DNA from: a virus
Lineage: Duplodnaviria; Caudoviricetes
Length of the DNA: 24,613 nucleotides
IMG/VR virus record: IMGVR_UViG_3300044513_001988
Span: 1 to 24,613 of that record
Strand: one strand, 5' to 3'
Below the pieces are notes generated by a model that was not told the DNA's origin, did not search any database, and saw only the letters and a program-made list of their open reading frames with translations. Below, one piece after another: positions 16,587 to 24,613 of this stretch. The position numbers were made by a program, and so were the translations under genes. Numbering within the stretch: position 1 is the stretch's first letter; each line of letters begins with the position of its first letter.

Positions 16587-17072
16587 ATGTCTGAAGACGC
16601 TGATCACGAAGTCAGGAAGCAAAGGCGTAACTTCTTTTTGTACTTATCGCCATTTGAGGGGCATTCGATAGCCAACGATAATGGGTTCGTACCCTCATCG
16701 GAAGAGGCTATGGAAGCAGAGATCAAGGATGTTCTCGCTCTATGGCTGACCCTACAGCAGGGTAAGGCTGGAGAGATGATTGCTAATAGTGCTTGGTGGA
16801 TGACTAGGCACATGGACCCTGACAACCAACTCACCGCAGAGTCAGGTGTAGGTATGCTTGATTCTCTTACTTCTTTTGCTGTGTCTGTTATCAGTATGTT
16901 GTTGAACTCAGGAGTTATCAGCCTCAACGAAAAAGTTGAGATACCCGATATCATGCTTTCCACAGCAGAGTTCTTTAGCAAAGATCAAAGCGAAGCCTTA
17001 AGTCTTTTCGAGGACTTCATGAACAAGTTTACTAACTATGAAGAAAACATAGAGGATGATGAAGATGAGTAA
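16587..17072 (+). CDS. Hypothetical acidic protein
   Basis: ATG 16587 follows GAAAGG and the polA stop. Confidence 0.75.
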   Translation: MSEDADHEVRKQRRNFFLYLSPFEGHSIANDNGFVPSSEEAMEAEIKDVLALWLTLQQGKAGEMIANSAWWMTRHMDPDNQLTAESGVGMLDSLTSFAVSVISMLLNSGVISLNEKVEIPDIMLSTAEFFSKDQSEALSLFEDFMNKFTNYEENIEDDEDE

Positions 17073-17469
17073 CTCTTCTTGGTGGGCTAACAAGTTAGGG
17101 CAACCCCAACAACCGAGCAGGGGAATTACCCTTCCGGCTCAACCTGCCCCAGCGCCTCAACAGTCTGTCGTTGAGGCGGCTCCCCAGCCCGCTCCCCCTC
17201 AGCACACCAAACCCGTGCTTGACCCCAATAGAGACGCCAATGCGGAAGTCCCTATGGGAGAAGCCATGAGGTTGTGGAAGGGGGGCGAGGCACACCGTAT
17301 GGAGGGCAGCATGGCATGTCCCGCTTGCGGTAGCGCTACTGGCTATACTGCCTACTCTGGCATGGGTTCCGCAGGTTCTCGTGTCAATGGGCAACAGCCC
17401 CGCCCACACTGCTTTGAGTGCGGGTACAACGGCTCCTACGCACAAGGGTTGGAGTCAAACTGGTCATAA
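17065..17469 (+). CDS. Zinc-ribbon protein with Pro/Gln-rich N-terminus
   Basis: CPACGS...CFECGY; start MSNSSWW at 17065 (alternative 17056). Confidence 0.75.
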   Translation: MSNSSWWANKLGQPQQPSRGITLPAQPAPAPQQSVVEAAPQPAPPQHTKPVLDPNRDANAEVPMGEAMRLWKGGEAHRMEGSMACPACGSATGYTAYSGMGSAGSRVNGQQPRPHCFECGYNGSYAQGLESNWS

Positions 17470-17478
17470 AGGAAAATT

Positions 17479-18522
17479 GTGGATAACAGTCTGGTATTAA
17501 TCGAAGAACTAGCAGCAGAAATCAACAAGAAATACGGAGAAAACATAATTATCAAAGGCAGTTCTGCCAAGCAGGAAATGCCTCACACCACTACAGGGTT
17601 GCTTGCTTACGACCTCGCTCTAGGCGGTGGCTGGGCGGCTAACCAGTGGAACGAGATTGTAGGCGAAGAGTCGTCAGGCAAGACTGCTATTGCTTACAAG
17701 ACCATCGCTGCTAACCAAGCCAAAGACCCTGAGTGGCTGGCCTTGTGGGTAGCCGCAGAAGAGTATGTTCCTGAGTATGCCGCCTCTTTCGGTGTTGACT
17801 TGGACCGTCTTTGGGTGGTAGAAACTAACGAGATGGAAGCCGCTCTTGATCTCGTTCTGAAAGCCGTGGACAACCGAGCAGTTGACTGTGTCGTAATCGA
17901 CAGCCTGCCCGCTCTCGTCACGGAAACAGAAGTTAACAAGTCCATGGATGAGGCCAGTGTTGCCACCGGTGCTCAGATACTCAGTCGGTTCTTTAAGAAG
18001 TGCGCCAAAGCACAGCGTCGCTCTATGACAGAGGATGAGCGGTCATGCACCCTCATCGCTATCAACCAGTGGCGTGACAAGATCGGAGTCATGTACGGCG
18101 ACCCCCGCACCACTCCCGGTGGTAAGGCCAAGAACTACTACTTCTTTACTCGTGTTGAGGTACGCCGTGACGAGTGGATCAGCGAGGGGTCTAAGTTGGA
18201 CACCCGTGTAGGTCAAAGCATCAAGATGCGTGTGATGAAGAACAAGACCTACCGCCCCCAGCAGATTGCTCAGGCAGATTTCTACTTCGCTAACTCAGGG
18301 GGTTACCGTAAGGGTGACTTTGATACCGCTAAGGATATCGTCAATGTCGCTCTTGCTCTTGAGTTATTCGAGGGGCGGTACAAGTTCAACGGGGAACGCA
18401 TCGCCAATAAGAAAGATGAACTATACGACATGGTTCGTCAAGACCTAGGGCTTCAAAGCGACCTTAAAAAGGCTGCTATGGACAGGGTTATGGGAGAGGC
18501 ACCGGTAGAAAGTGGCGACTGA
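17479..18522 (+). CDS. recA: RecA recombinase
   Basis: DLALGGG, EIVGEESSGKT, VIDSLPAL, INQWRDKIGVMYGDPRTTPGGKA, KNKT. Confidence 0.95.
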   Translation: MDNSLVLIEELAAEINKKYGENIIIKGSSAKQEMPHTTTGLLAYDLALGGGWAANQWNEIVGEESSGKTAIAYKTIAANQAKDPEWLALWVAAEEYVPEYAASFGVDLDRLWVVETNEMEAALDLVLKAVDNRAVDCVVIDSLPALVTETEVNKSMDEASVATGAQILSRFFKKCAKAQRRSMTEDERSCTLIAINQWRDKIGVMYGDPRTTPGGKAKNYYFFTRVEVRRDEWISEGSKLDTRVGQSIKMRVMKNKTYRPQQIAQADFYFANSGGYRKGDFDTAKDIVNVALALELFEGRYKFNGERIANKKDELYDMVRQDLGLQSDLKKAAMDRVMGEAPVESGD

Positions 18523-18826
18523 ATCCCAGAAGAAGTCAGTTCGGCAAGAAAAGCGCACAGCAGAGGCGTACAAAGGTAGCCGCAACGCCATGTCAGGCGC
18601 TGGGTGGGTACGCAAAGCAGACGTACGCACCGAAGACTTCATGATTGAAAACAAACTTAAGATGGACCCTAAGGCTAAGTCCTACAGCGTTAAGGCTGTA
18701 GACATGCGGGATCTGGTGAAAAGGGCTAGGTTGGAGGGGAGAATCCCTCTGTTGCAGATTGACTTGGCGGGACATCGCTACGTAGTATTAACCGAAGACG
18801 ACTTTCTGGACATGATAGATGACTGA
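18512..18826 (+). CDS. Small PD-(D/E)XK nuclease, Holliday junction resolvase-like
   Basis: QEKRTA...SGAGWVRKADVR...IENK; adjacent to recA. Confidence 0.75.
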   Translation: MATESQKKSVRQEKRTAEAYKGSRNAMSGAGWVRKADVRTEDFMIENKLKMDPKAKSYSVKAVDMRDLVKRARLEGRIPLLQIDLAGHRYVVLTEDDFLDMIDD

Positions 18827-19700
18827 CAATCCGTGGTACCTAAAGAACTACAAAGAGCAATTCAGCGCTAAGGACAACAACAGATTGATATCCAAGGTGG
18901 AGGCGGCTCTTGCGTTAGAGCAAGCAGAGCGTAACTCTCACCGAGACACTAAGCATTTTCACTCTAGTGAGATGGCTAAAGACGACTGGTGTCCCCGCTC
19001 AACTTGGTACAAGATTACTGACACTGAGGAGAGCGACCCCCAGTCTATGAACCTCAAGCGCATGAACATCTTTGCTGAGGGCCACAACATCCACGACAAG
19101 TGGCAAAGGTGGATGCACAAAACGGGCAATCTGTACGGTAAGTGGAAATGCAAAGCGTGCTCCTATGAATGGGAGGACAAATCCCCTGATTCCTGTGCCC
19201 TATGCTCTTCCCCCGATATCAAGTACAAAGAGGTCTCTGTCTACAGCGAGCGTTATCGCATTGTTGGACACGCTGACGGTGTGTGGGAAGACAGCAAAGG
19301 TAAGGCTGTTGTAGAGATTAAGTCTGTGGGGCTAGGCACTATCCGCTGGGACGCCCCAAAACTCTATGAAGGATATGAAAACGGTGACCTGAATCTAGAC
19401 GGGTTGTGGAAACAGATCAAGCGCCCCCTCACTACTCACCGCCGTCAGGTGAACCTGTACATGATGTGCTTGGGCATTCATGATGCCATCGTTATCTACG
19501 AGTGGAAACCATCTCAAGACGTCAAAGAGTTCCACATCAAGTACGACCCGGAACTTACTGCGGGCATATTGCAAGGTATTGATGAGGTTATTGACGCTAT
19601 CGAAGACGACATCGTCCCTGCTAGGCCGGTAAAAGCCACCTACAAGTCTTGTAACTTCTGTCGTTTTTGTACATACAAGTCTACCTGCTGGAGTAAATGA
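18819..19700 (+). CDS. Cas4-like PD-(D/E)XK exonuclease
   Basis: N-terminal CPR, GHNIH, GHADG, EIKS, QVNLYM, and C-terminal CRFCTYKSTC Fe-S-type cysteines; extra CKAC...CALC insert. Confidence 0.85.
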   Translation: MTDNPWYLKNYKEQFSAKDNNRLISKVEAALALEQAERNSHRDTKHFHSSEMAKDDWCPRSTWYKITDTEESDPQSMNLKRMNIFAEGHNIHDKWQRWMHKTGNLYGKWKCKACSYEWEDKSPDSCALCSSPDIKYKEVSVYSERYRIVGHADGVWEDSKGKAVVEIKSVGLGTIRWDAPKLYEGYENGDLNLDGLWKQIKRPLTTHRRQVNLYMMCLGIHDAIVIYEWKPSQDVKEFHIKYDPELTAGILQGIDEVIDAIEDDIVPARPVKATYKSCNFCRFCTYKSTCWSK

Positions 19701-19933
19701 TGATGACATACCACGTTGACTACGAAGAATGGGTTAGATACGGGCAACGTAGAGGGTGGATAGGCCCGCTAGTCTGCGCCACTCACGACGGCATCCCCAT
19801 CTCAGAAGCAGAAGAGGAAGAGTGGGACGAAGGTAACGACCCGTGCCAATGGATCTTTCGTCGTTACGACAACGAAGACCACAAGTTTGAGGTCGAGAAC
19901 AACCACGCACCTTCTCGTTGGAGGCAAGAGTGA
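19697..19933 (+). CDS. Hypothetical protein
   Basis: Overlapping start/stop on both sides; CATHDG...DPC may bind metal. Confidence 0.72.
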   Translation: MMMTYHVDYEEWVRYGQRRGWIGPLVCATHDGIPISEAEEEEWDEGNDPCQWIFRRYDNEDHKFEVENNHAPSRWRQE

Positions 19934-20148
19934 ATGACCCCCGTATGAACCGGTACAAGAAGGCTATGGCCTTAAAAGAAGAACTCGGTTTCACCAAAGA
20001 AGAGCGGTACGAGTTGGCTCGCATGATTCCTGGGGTGGATAAGGACGACGGAGGATCGTGGAAAGAATTAGACTCTGACCAATTACACGACTTGATAACT
20101 ATGATGGAGGGCTACATATGGATCTCTTACATGATGATGCAGAGATAG
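19930..20148 (+). CDS. Hypothetical protein (weak GemA-like helical pattern)
   Basis: GTGA overlap at 19930-19933; ELGFTKEERYEL...SWKELDSDQL. Confidence 0.65.
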   Translation: MNDPRMNRYKKAMALKEELGFTKEERYELARMIPGVDKDDGGSWKELDSDQLHDLITMMEGYIWISYMMMQR

Positions 20149-20300
20149 AGTGCCCCGGCTCAGGCACCGCTGGTATGAAATACGAAAACAACACAGAGAA
20201 TGGGCGCAAGTACCACTACTACATCTGCGAGCATTGCAGAGCCATGCTCCCCTACAGCCCCTTAAAGCGTCACCAAAGTATCACCCGTGGCAATCGGTAG
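20118..20300 (+). CDS. Small putative zinc-binding protein
   Basis: GGAGG lies 7 nt before the ATG; CPGSG...CEHC...H. Confidence 0.6.
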   Translation: MDLLHDDAEIECPGSGTAGMKYENNTENGRKYHYYICEHCRAMLPYSPLKRHQSITRGNR

Positions 20301-20508
20301 CGCCCCCGAGATCGGTAAGGAGTTCCTTACTGGAGGCAAAGTCTACTATCCATGGGTTATCGACGGGGTACAACACCAGTTGATGCTAGGAGATAGTAAG
20401 GTGGTGTACATCAAAGGGCGACCCGACAATGTGTACCCCTCTGGAGATGAGTGGGAGTATTCAGAAGGCGGTTCGTGGGAACCACTATATGGAGATTTAA
20501 ATGGGTAA
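20287..20508 (+). CDS. Hypothetical protein
   Basis: Fills the gap and overlaps both neighbours slightly. Confidence 0.6.
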   Translation: MAIGSAPEIGKEFLTGGKVYYPWVIDGVQHQLMLGDSKVVYIKGRPDNVYPSGDEWEYSEGGSWEPLYGDLNG

Positions 20509-20869
20509 CAAAAACAAGGCTAAGGGGACTTCTTTTGAAACTCTCGTCGTCCGCTACTTACGCAACCGTAGTTTTAAAAAGGCTTTTCGGCCTAGTCTGT
20601 CTGGTAAGTACGACAGCGGTGACATTAACGGTATTGCTAGCCCTCGTCGTCAAGCAATCATTCAGTGTAAGAACCAGAAGAAGTTTGATTTGTCAGGTTG
20701 GCTCAATGCCGCTGTATCACAGTCGCAACAAGAAGAGGTCGGAGGGGACGCTCTACCAGTTCTAGTAGTCAAACGCCCCGGAGTAGGCGAAAAGACGCTA
20801 GGAGATACTTATGCAATTCTTCGTCTTGAGGACCTAAGTAGCCTACTCAAGGAGGCTGGGTACAACTAA
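20501..20869 (+). CDS. Holliday junction resolvase, Hjc-like PD-(D/E)XK
   Basis: NKAKGTSFE...GDI...IQCKN...W...PVLVVKR; GGAG RBS. Confidence 0.85.
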   Translation: MGNKNKAKGTSFETLVVRYLRNRSFKKAFRPSLSGKYDSGDINGIASPRRQAIIQCKNQKKFDLSGWLNAAVSQSQQEEVGGDALPVLVVKRPGVGEKTLGDTYAILRLEDLSSLLKEAGYN

Positions 20870-20911
20870 TATAGTGTTCGTAGGATTTCATACGACTATT
20901 AGGAGTACCCC

Positions 20912-21187
20912 ATGGCCGATAACGAAGACGTTATTAAGGTGTCTGGATCTAGCAATCCGTCATCTGTAGGATCTATCTTGGCGAGAGCAATTGTCGCTGG
21001 CCAGTCCCCCAAAATGAGGGCGATTGGCGCTTCCGCCGTAAATCAGGCATCTAAAGCGTGCGCTATTGCACGTGGTTTCGTAGCCCCCAGAGGTATCGAC
21101 TTAACCTTTATTATTGGTTTTGACGACATCGAAGGAGACACTGGAGAAACTATCAGTTCAATGACTTGGAAGCCGGTTGCACGCTAA
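20912..21187 (+). CDS. spoVS: SpoVS family protein (stage V sporulation protein S; Alba-like fold)
   Basis: IKVSGSSNPSSV...AIGASAVNQASKACAIARGFVAPRGIDL...F.DI closely follows the SpoVS consensus; AGGAG RBS. Confidence 0.93.
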   Translation: MADNEDVIKVSGSSNPSSVGSILARAIVAGQSPKMRAIGASAVNQASKACAIARGFVAPRGIDLTFIIGFDDIEGDTGETISSMTWKPVAR

Positions 21188-21192
21188 AACCT

Positions 21193-21203
21193 TGTGATAA
21201 TCT
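21193..21203 (+). promoter_or_regulatory. Extended -10 promoter element TGTGATAATCT
   Basis: Intergenic, upstream of the GGAGG RBS of the 21235 gene. Confidence 0.5.
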
Positions 21204-21234
21204 ACTCCTAAGGTATATTTCTTGGAGGTCAGCA

Positions 21235-23352
21235 ATGGCACGCAAAGGCGACAACGGAGACGGTCTGGGATTCCCAAAGGATGATGATGGCGGTCAAGGT
21301 CTCGTTTCCCCTACAGACGTTATGTATGGGGCAGACACCGACAGCCCAGTAGATTCTTCTTCGGCTTCGTACAGTGGTGCTCCTAGAGAACCTAGAAAAA
21401 CAGGCATCTCTAAAGAGGAAAGGGCTGGGCTTATCGCTGCTGCCCGAATGGGGGACCGCTCTTCTTTGCTGCAACCCAAAGCGGAAGGCAGTAAGCGAAC
21501 AGGTAAAGGTGAATATAACCCCGATAAGTTCGTACCTACTCGCCGTATCATGCCGGTACGGTTTTCTTCTAGGCAAGACACTGGCGAAAACATAGATATC
21601 GCACCCTCTGATGTCACCGCCTTTGGTGGTTCGCGCGGTTACGCCCCCATTACAGCGTCTGTTGAGCAGTCGATTCGTGGTGCTGGTGTTTCTTCTCAGT
21701 TAGACGAAGCCCGCACGGGTACTTTCAGTGCCGAAGACCCCGCTATTCTGCGTGGCCTTACAGACCAGAAGTACGACAAACAAGGGAATCCGCTTCCACG
21801 CACACAGAGAGGTATTAACACACGTCTAGACGCGAAAGTGGAGCGCCACAACATTGTCGCTAACGCTATCCAAGACCGTAATGCACGACGACTACAAGAG
21901 CATATGGAGCGTCACCGCCCATTAAATCAGCCTAAAGTTGTTAGCGAAGGCGTTCGCACTGGTCAGGAGCGTTTCCGTAGGACAGATACTGGTCAGGAAG
22001 TCGCTACAGGACCTAACGTAGGCCCTCCGAGCAGCGGCGGTGGCAGGCCATTGCCGGGTGCAGTCCCCGCTGAGACTGAGCGTCAGAAAGGGCGCGAGAA
22101 GTATGCAGAACGAAAAGAAGCCGCTGCTAGTCGAGGAAAAATCCTTGAGTACAGCCAGATGTCAGGGGGCGACATTGAGCGAGGCGGTATTCCACGATCG
22201 GAGATGACCCGTCGGGTGCCTGCAAGCCCCCTTGGTTCAGAATCTAACCCTTACACAGCCCAACAGGAATCCAACATTTCTGCACAGCGTGATAGTCTTC
22301 GTCGTCAACGTGCTGCTGAAGTGCAGGCAGAGACTGACCGCGCTTCCGGTAAGGATAAGCGTGATTCTCGTATGCGTGAGGCGGAAGCGGCTCGCCGTAC
22401 AGCGGATGCCCCCACAGAGATGGATCTCCCAGACGAGAGCCAGTTGCCTACCCCAACTCTAGGAGGACGCCCACGTGAACAGCGTGCAGCCCTAATTCAG
22501 GCAAGTGCGGCTATGCGCGGGCGTATGCCACTGGTAAGCACCGCAGACCCTGAGCAGGTCAACCGTGGTGCCCGTGCGGCGGCTCAGCGTTACACAGAAA
22601 CAAGCCGTATGTTTGAGGCAGAGCCTCGTCGCATAGAAGGTGGCGGTCGTGGACCACGCAGTTTCCTAGACCCAGAAGCCACCGCTGGACGACGCGGTGA
22701 TCTACGTAATGCTCAGGCGTCGGACTTTGCGTTTGGCGAAGACCCAGAGCAAATCGATGTCGATATGTCTAACCAGATTCTCGGTGCCGTTCGTCGCCAG
22801 ACAGAAACAGAAGGCATCCTTTCCCGTGAGATGACGACAGACTCCGCTGGAATTCGTCTCGGCTCTCCGCCCGCCTCATCACGTGGTTACACCGGTTCAC
22901 TAGAGCGTGAGGCACGGGATCTAGTCAAAGAGTCCAAAGACCCGTATATGACCGGTGCTGAAGCGTTTGGTCGTGTGCCCGTCATCGGACAACAGTTTGA
23001 CCGTGGACAACCGGGAGTTGTTAAAGAGGTTCTACGAAGTGGTGAAGGTGCTATGTCTCGTAGCACAGCAATTGCCGCCGAAGAGCGTCGGTCTGCTCGT
23101 CTTTCCGCTGCACGGGAGCGTAGCGAAGAATCTAGTCGCACGCTGCGCGCGGAAGAAATGGCACGTCGTGAAAAGGAGCAAAAGGAGCGTGCAGGTTCAG
23201 CACCGGCACCTCGTCCTGCTCGCGAACAGGGTCCGAACACAATCTCCACCCCCGGTCCAGACGATGCGTCTCGTATTGCTAAAGAGATCGCTGATAGGGC
23301 TATGGCTGGGGAAAATCTCGCTGATCTTAAGCGTGAGTACGGTATCGACTAA
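21235..23352 (+). CDS. Large (705 aa) Arg/Glu/Ala/Gly-rich, probably disordered protein
   Basis: GGAGG before ATG 21235; few aromatic or hydrophobic stretches; no recognisable domain. Confidence 0.8.
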   Translation: MARKGDNGDGLGFPKDDDGGQGLVSPTDVMYGADTDSPVDSSSASYSGAPREPRKTGISKEERAGLIAAARMGDRSSLLQPKAEGSKRTGKGEYNPDKFVPTRRIMPVRFSSRQDTGENIDIAPSDVTAFGGSRGYAPITASVEQSIRGAGVSSQLDEARTGTFSAEDPAILRGLTDQKYDKQGNPLPRTQRGINTRLDAKVERHNIVANAIQDRNARRLQEHMERHRPLNQPKVVSEGVRTGQERFRRTDTGQEVATGPNVGPPSSGGGRPLPGAVPAETERQKGREKYAERKEAAASRGKILEYSQMSGGDIERGGIPRSEMTRRVPASPLGSESNPYTAQQESNISAQRDSLRRQRAAEVQAETDRASGKDKRDSRMREAEAARRTADAPTEMDLPDESQLPTPTLGGRPREQRAALIQASAAMRGRMPLVSTADPEQVNRGARAAAQRYTETSRMFEAEPRRIEGGGRGPRSFLDPEATAGRRGDLRNAQASDFAFGEDPEQIDVDMSNQILGAVRRQTETEGILSREMTTDSAGIRLGSPPASSRGYTGSLEREARDLVKESKDPYMTGAEAFGRVPVIGQQFDRGQPGVVKEVLRSGEGAMSRSTAIAAEERRSARLSAARERSEESSRTLRAEEMARREKEQKERAGSAPAPRPAREQGPNTISTPGPDDASRIAKEIADRAMAGENLADLKREYGID

Positions 23353-23367
23353 AAAGAAAGAGCGCCT

Positions 23368-23502
23368 ATGAATACAGACTCTGACAACGACGGTGTCTTG
23401 GAAGAGGATGATTTCCTAGAAAAAGTACCAAGCAGGTACGCCGAATTGTGTGATGCAGACGACTTTGAGAAGTTTCGCAGACACAAGGACTGGAATGACT
23501 AA
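23368..23502 (+). CDS. 44-aa acidic protein (not in ORF track)
   Basis: MNTDSDNDGVLEEDDFLEKVPSRYAELCDADDFEKFRRHKDWND; preceded by AGAAAGAG. Confidence 0.55.
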   Translation: MNTDSDNDGVLEEDDFLEKVPSRYAELCDADDFEKFRRHKDWND

Positions 23503-23507
23503 TTAAT

Positions 23508-23684
23508 ATGCTAATTGAGAGACCGCCAAACCGAATGATCGGTGAGAAGGAACGCGAAGAAAAGGCTAACCTTCAATACCGTGAAGAGGGTGGCCCCCGG
23601 CCAGTATCCGTAATTGGTGGAGGACGGGGTGGTTGCCTCATGTCTTTTAGTCAGGGTACTTCGTACGCCTCAGGTGGACGATGA
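23508..23684 (+). CDS. 58-aa hypothetical protein (not in ORF track)
   Basis: MLIERPPNRMIGEKER...YASGGR; ATGA overlap with the 23681 gene. Confidence 0.55.
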   Translation: MLIERPPNRMIGEKEREEKANLQYREEGGPRPVSVIGGGRGGCLMSFSQGTSYASGGR

Positions 23685-24172
23685 ACGAGCAAACGTTTAC
23701 TGACTGGGCTGGCGGATACGACCCCCAAGGAGGGGAATCTCAGCCTGTTCTGGGTCCTCAACCTTTCTTTAGAAGCGCCAAAGACCGTATGCTGTCAGCG
23801 TTTGGTTCGACCCCCGATACCCTCCACCCAGACGGGTATCTGGGTACTATGTCTAGTAACCGTAGGCAGGACAAACTGCTTGATAGCGTTAAGAGGCAGA
23901 ACCATAGGTCATATAGTCGTGGCGTCCACAAGGGCGAACGTATCAACCCCGGTGACTACTTGTGGCCTGAGGAGATGAACCTCATGACAGGTATTGAAAT
24001 GCAGGCCAAAGGTCTAAAGTTTGCTCCCCCCGGAGCAGAACCTATTAGACTAACAAACGACGGTAAAGCAGGCCCTCGTGGTATTCCTAGAGGACTTGAC
24101 CGCCCTCAACAAGAACAGATCGACATGCAAAGGCGCTCAATGTTGAAGCGCCTTACTCCTAGTTGGAGGTAA
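23681..24172 (+). CDS. Hypothetical phage protein (PDGYLGT...RRQDKLL...RGVHKGERI)
   Basis: 163-aa ORF coupled to its neighbours. Confidence 0.78.
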   Translation: MNEQTFTDWAGGYDPQGGESQPVLGPQPFFRSAKDRMLSAFGSTPDTLHPDGYLGTMSSNRRQDKLLDSVKRQNHRSYSRGVHKGERINPGDYLWPEEMNLMTGIEMQAKGLKFAPPGAEPIRLTNDGKAGPRGIPRGLDRPQQEQIDMQRRSMLKRLTPSWR

Positions 24173-24175
24173 CCA

Positions 24176-24403
24176 ATGTACAACGAACCAGACCCCGCAA
24201 ACCCCCAAGGTATGCAACGCACCCGCCTTGCCAAAAAGAAGGTCTACCAAGACGACCCCAAAACCAGTCGCCCGATTAGGAGTATCCACTCTCGTAACTA
24301 CCCTTCCCGCCCCGCTGTTGGCGAGGGCAACAACCCACAGGGTATGCCCCGCCCCCAGAAGCCGGGTGCCCCATACGACCAAGACTTGGACCCTGACTAC
24401 TGA
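24176..24403 (+). CDS. Pro-rich hypothetical protein with duplicated NPQGMxR
   Basis: GGAGG RBS; repeats at 24200-24220 and 24332-24352. Confidence 0.65.
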   Translation: MYNEPDPANPQGMQRTRLAKKKVYQDDPKTSRPIRSIHSRNYPSRPAVGEGNNPQGMPRPQKPGAPYDQDLDPDY

Positions 24404-24405
24404 TC

Positions 24406-24579
24406 ATGTCCTCTTTATCCCCTAGCCAGTTTGGTGGTGAGCACCCCTTTTTAGAAGAGGAAGATCTAACCCCCAAGAAAGTGACAAAGAAACGTCGCGA
24501 TATTGGCATGTCTAAAGATCTAGAAGACACCCTCTACCAGCAGGCTTACCCTAACAGTAAGAAGAAATGGTATGAGTAG
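24406..24579 (+). CDS. 57-aa hypothetical protein (not in ORF track)
   Basis: MSSLSPSQFGGEHPFLEEEDL...KKKWYE; starts 2 nt after the previous stop. Confidence 0.6.
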   Translation: MSSLSPSQFGGEHPFLEEEDLTPKKVTKKRRDIGMSKDLEDTLYQQAYPNSKKKWYE

Positions 24580-24613
24580 GCCGTGGCAGACTCGCAGTGA
24601 GTACCTCGTTGAC
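24572..24613 (+). CDS. Start of a hypothetical protein, 3'-truncated
   Basis: MSRPWQTRSEYLVD is open to the window end and overlaps the previous stop. Confidence 0.45.
   Translation, partial: MSRPWQTRSEYLVD

Larger units (their letters stand above)
1..24613 (+). mobile_element. Tailed dsDNA bacteriophage genome segment (myovirus-like; lysis, baseplate and replication/recombination modules)
   Basis: Dense co-oriented genes, many with overlapping stop/start codons. Holin, endolysin, baseplate genes and a phage-type replication set are present; no host housekeeping context or integrase is seen. Confidence 0.95.

Noticed and set aside
8856-18522. Inteins or introns in dnaB, polA or recA
   Set aside because: Lengths are ordinary, frames are continuous, and no C...HN splice motifs or homing endonuclease motifs are visible.
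18819-19700. Cas4-like gene as evidence of a CRISPR system
   Set aside because: No repeat-spacer array or other cas genes are present; solo Cas4-like nucleases are common in phages.
20866-20903. Imperfect hairpin upstream of spoVS
   Set aside because: AT-rich and bulged; too weak to call.
23801-23818. GGTTCGACCCC resembling a tRNA T-loop
   Set aside because: The stem does not close, and it lies inside a CDS.
323-24530. Numerous minus-strand and alternate-frame ORFs in the track
   Set aside because: They lie within or across well-supported + strand genes and show no recognisable motifs; treated as shadow ORFs (6705..7037 is discussed separately).

Overview
The whole window reads as one + strand segment of a tailed dsDNA bacteriophage genome. 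The baseplate genes imply a contractile tail, and the holin and gene content suggest an actinobacterial host (inference). Gene order: the end of a Thr/Ser-rich protein; three small membrane proteins including an r1t-type holin; an endolysin (peptidase M15-like domain plus two PG-binding domains); gp25-like, baseplate J-like and gpI/gp7-like baseplate genes. Two sigma70-type promoters then lead into a replication/recombination block: DnaC-like loader, DnaB, primase, SNF2-type helicase, MerR-like HTH, gp32-like SSB, DNA polymerase A, RecA, two resolvase-like nucleases and a Cas4-like nuclease. A clear SpoVS homolog and a cluster of disordered hypothetical proteins close the window. I saw no integrase, tRNA, rRNA or CRISPR array. 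Main leads: (1) a promoter-driven three-part protein ending in an Acb2/Tad1-like hairpin; (2) RBS-sequestering hairpins and an anti-Shine-Dalgarno-bearing structured leader at the structural/replication boundary; (3) phage-borne spoVS; (4) apparent total absence of AGCT. All family assignments come from motif recognition by eye; no searches were run.
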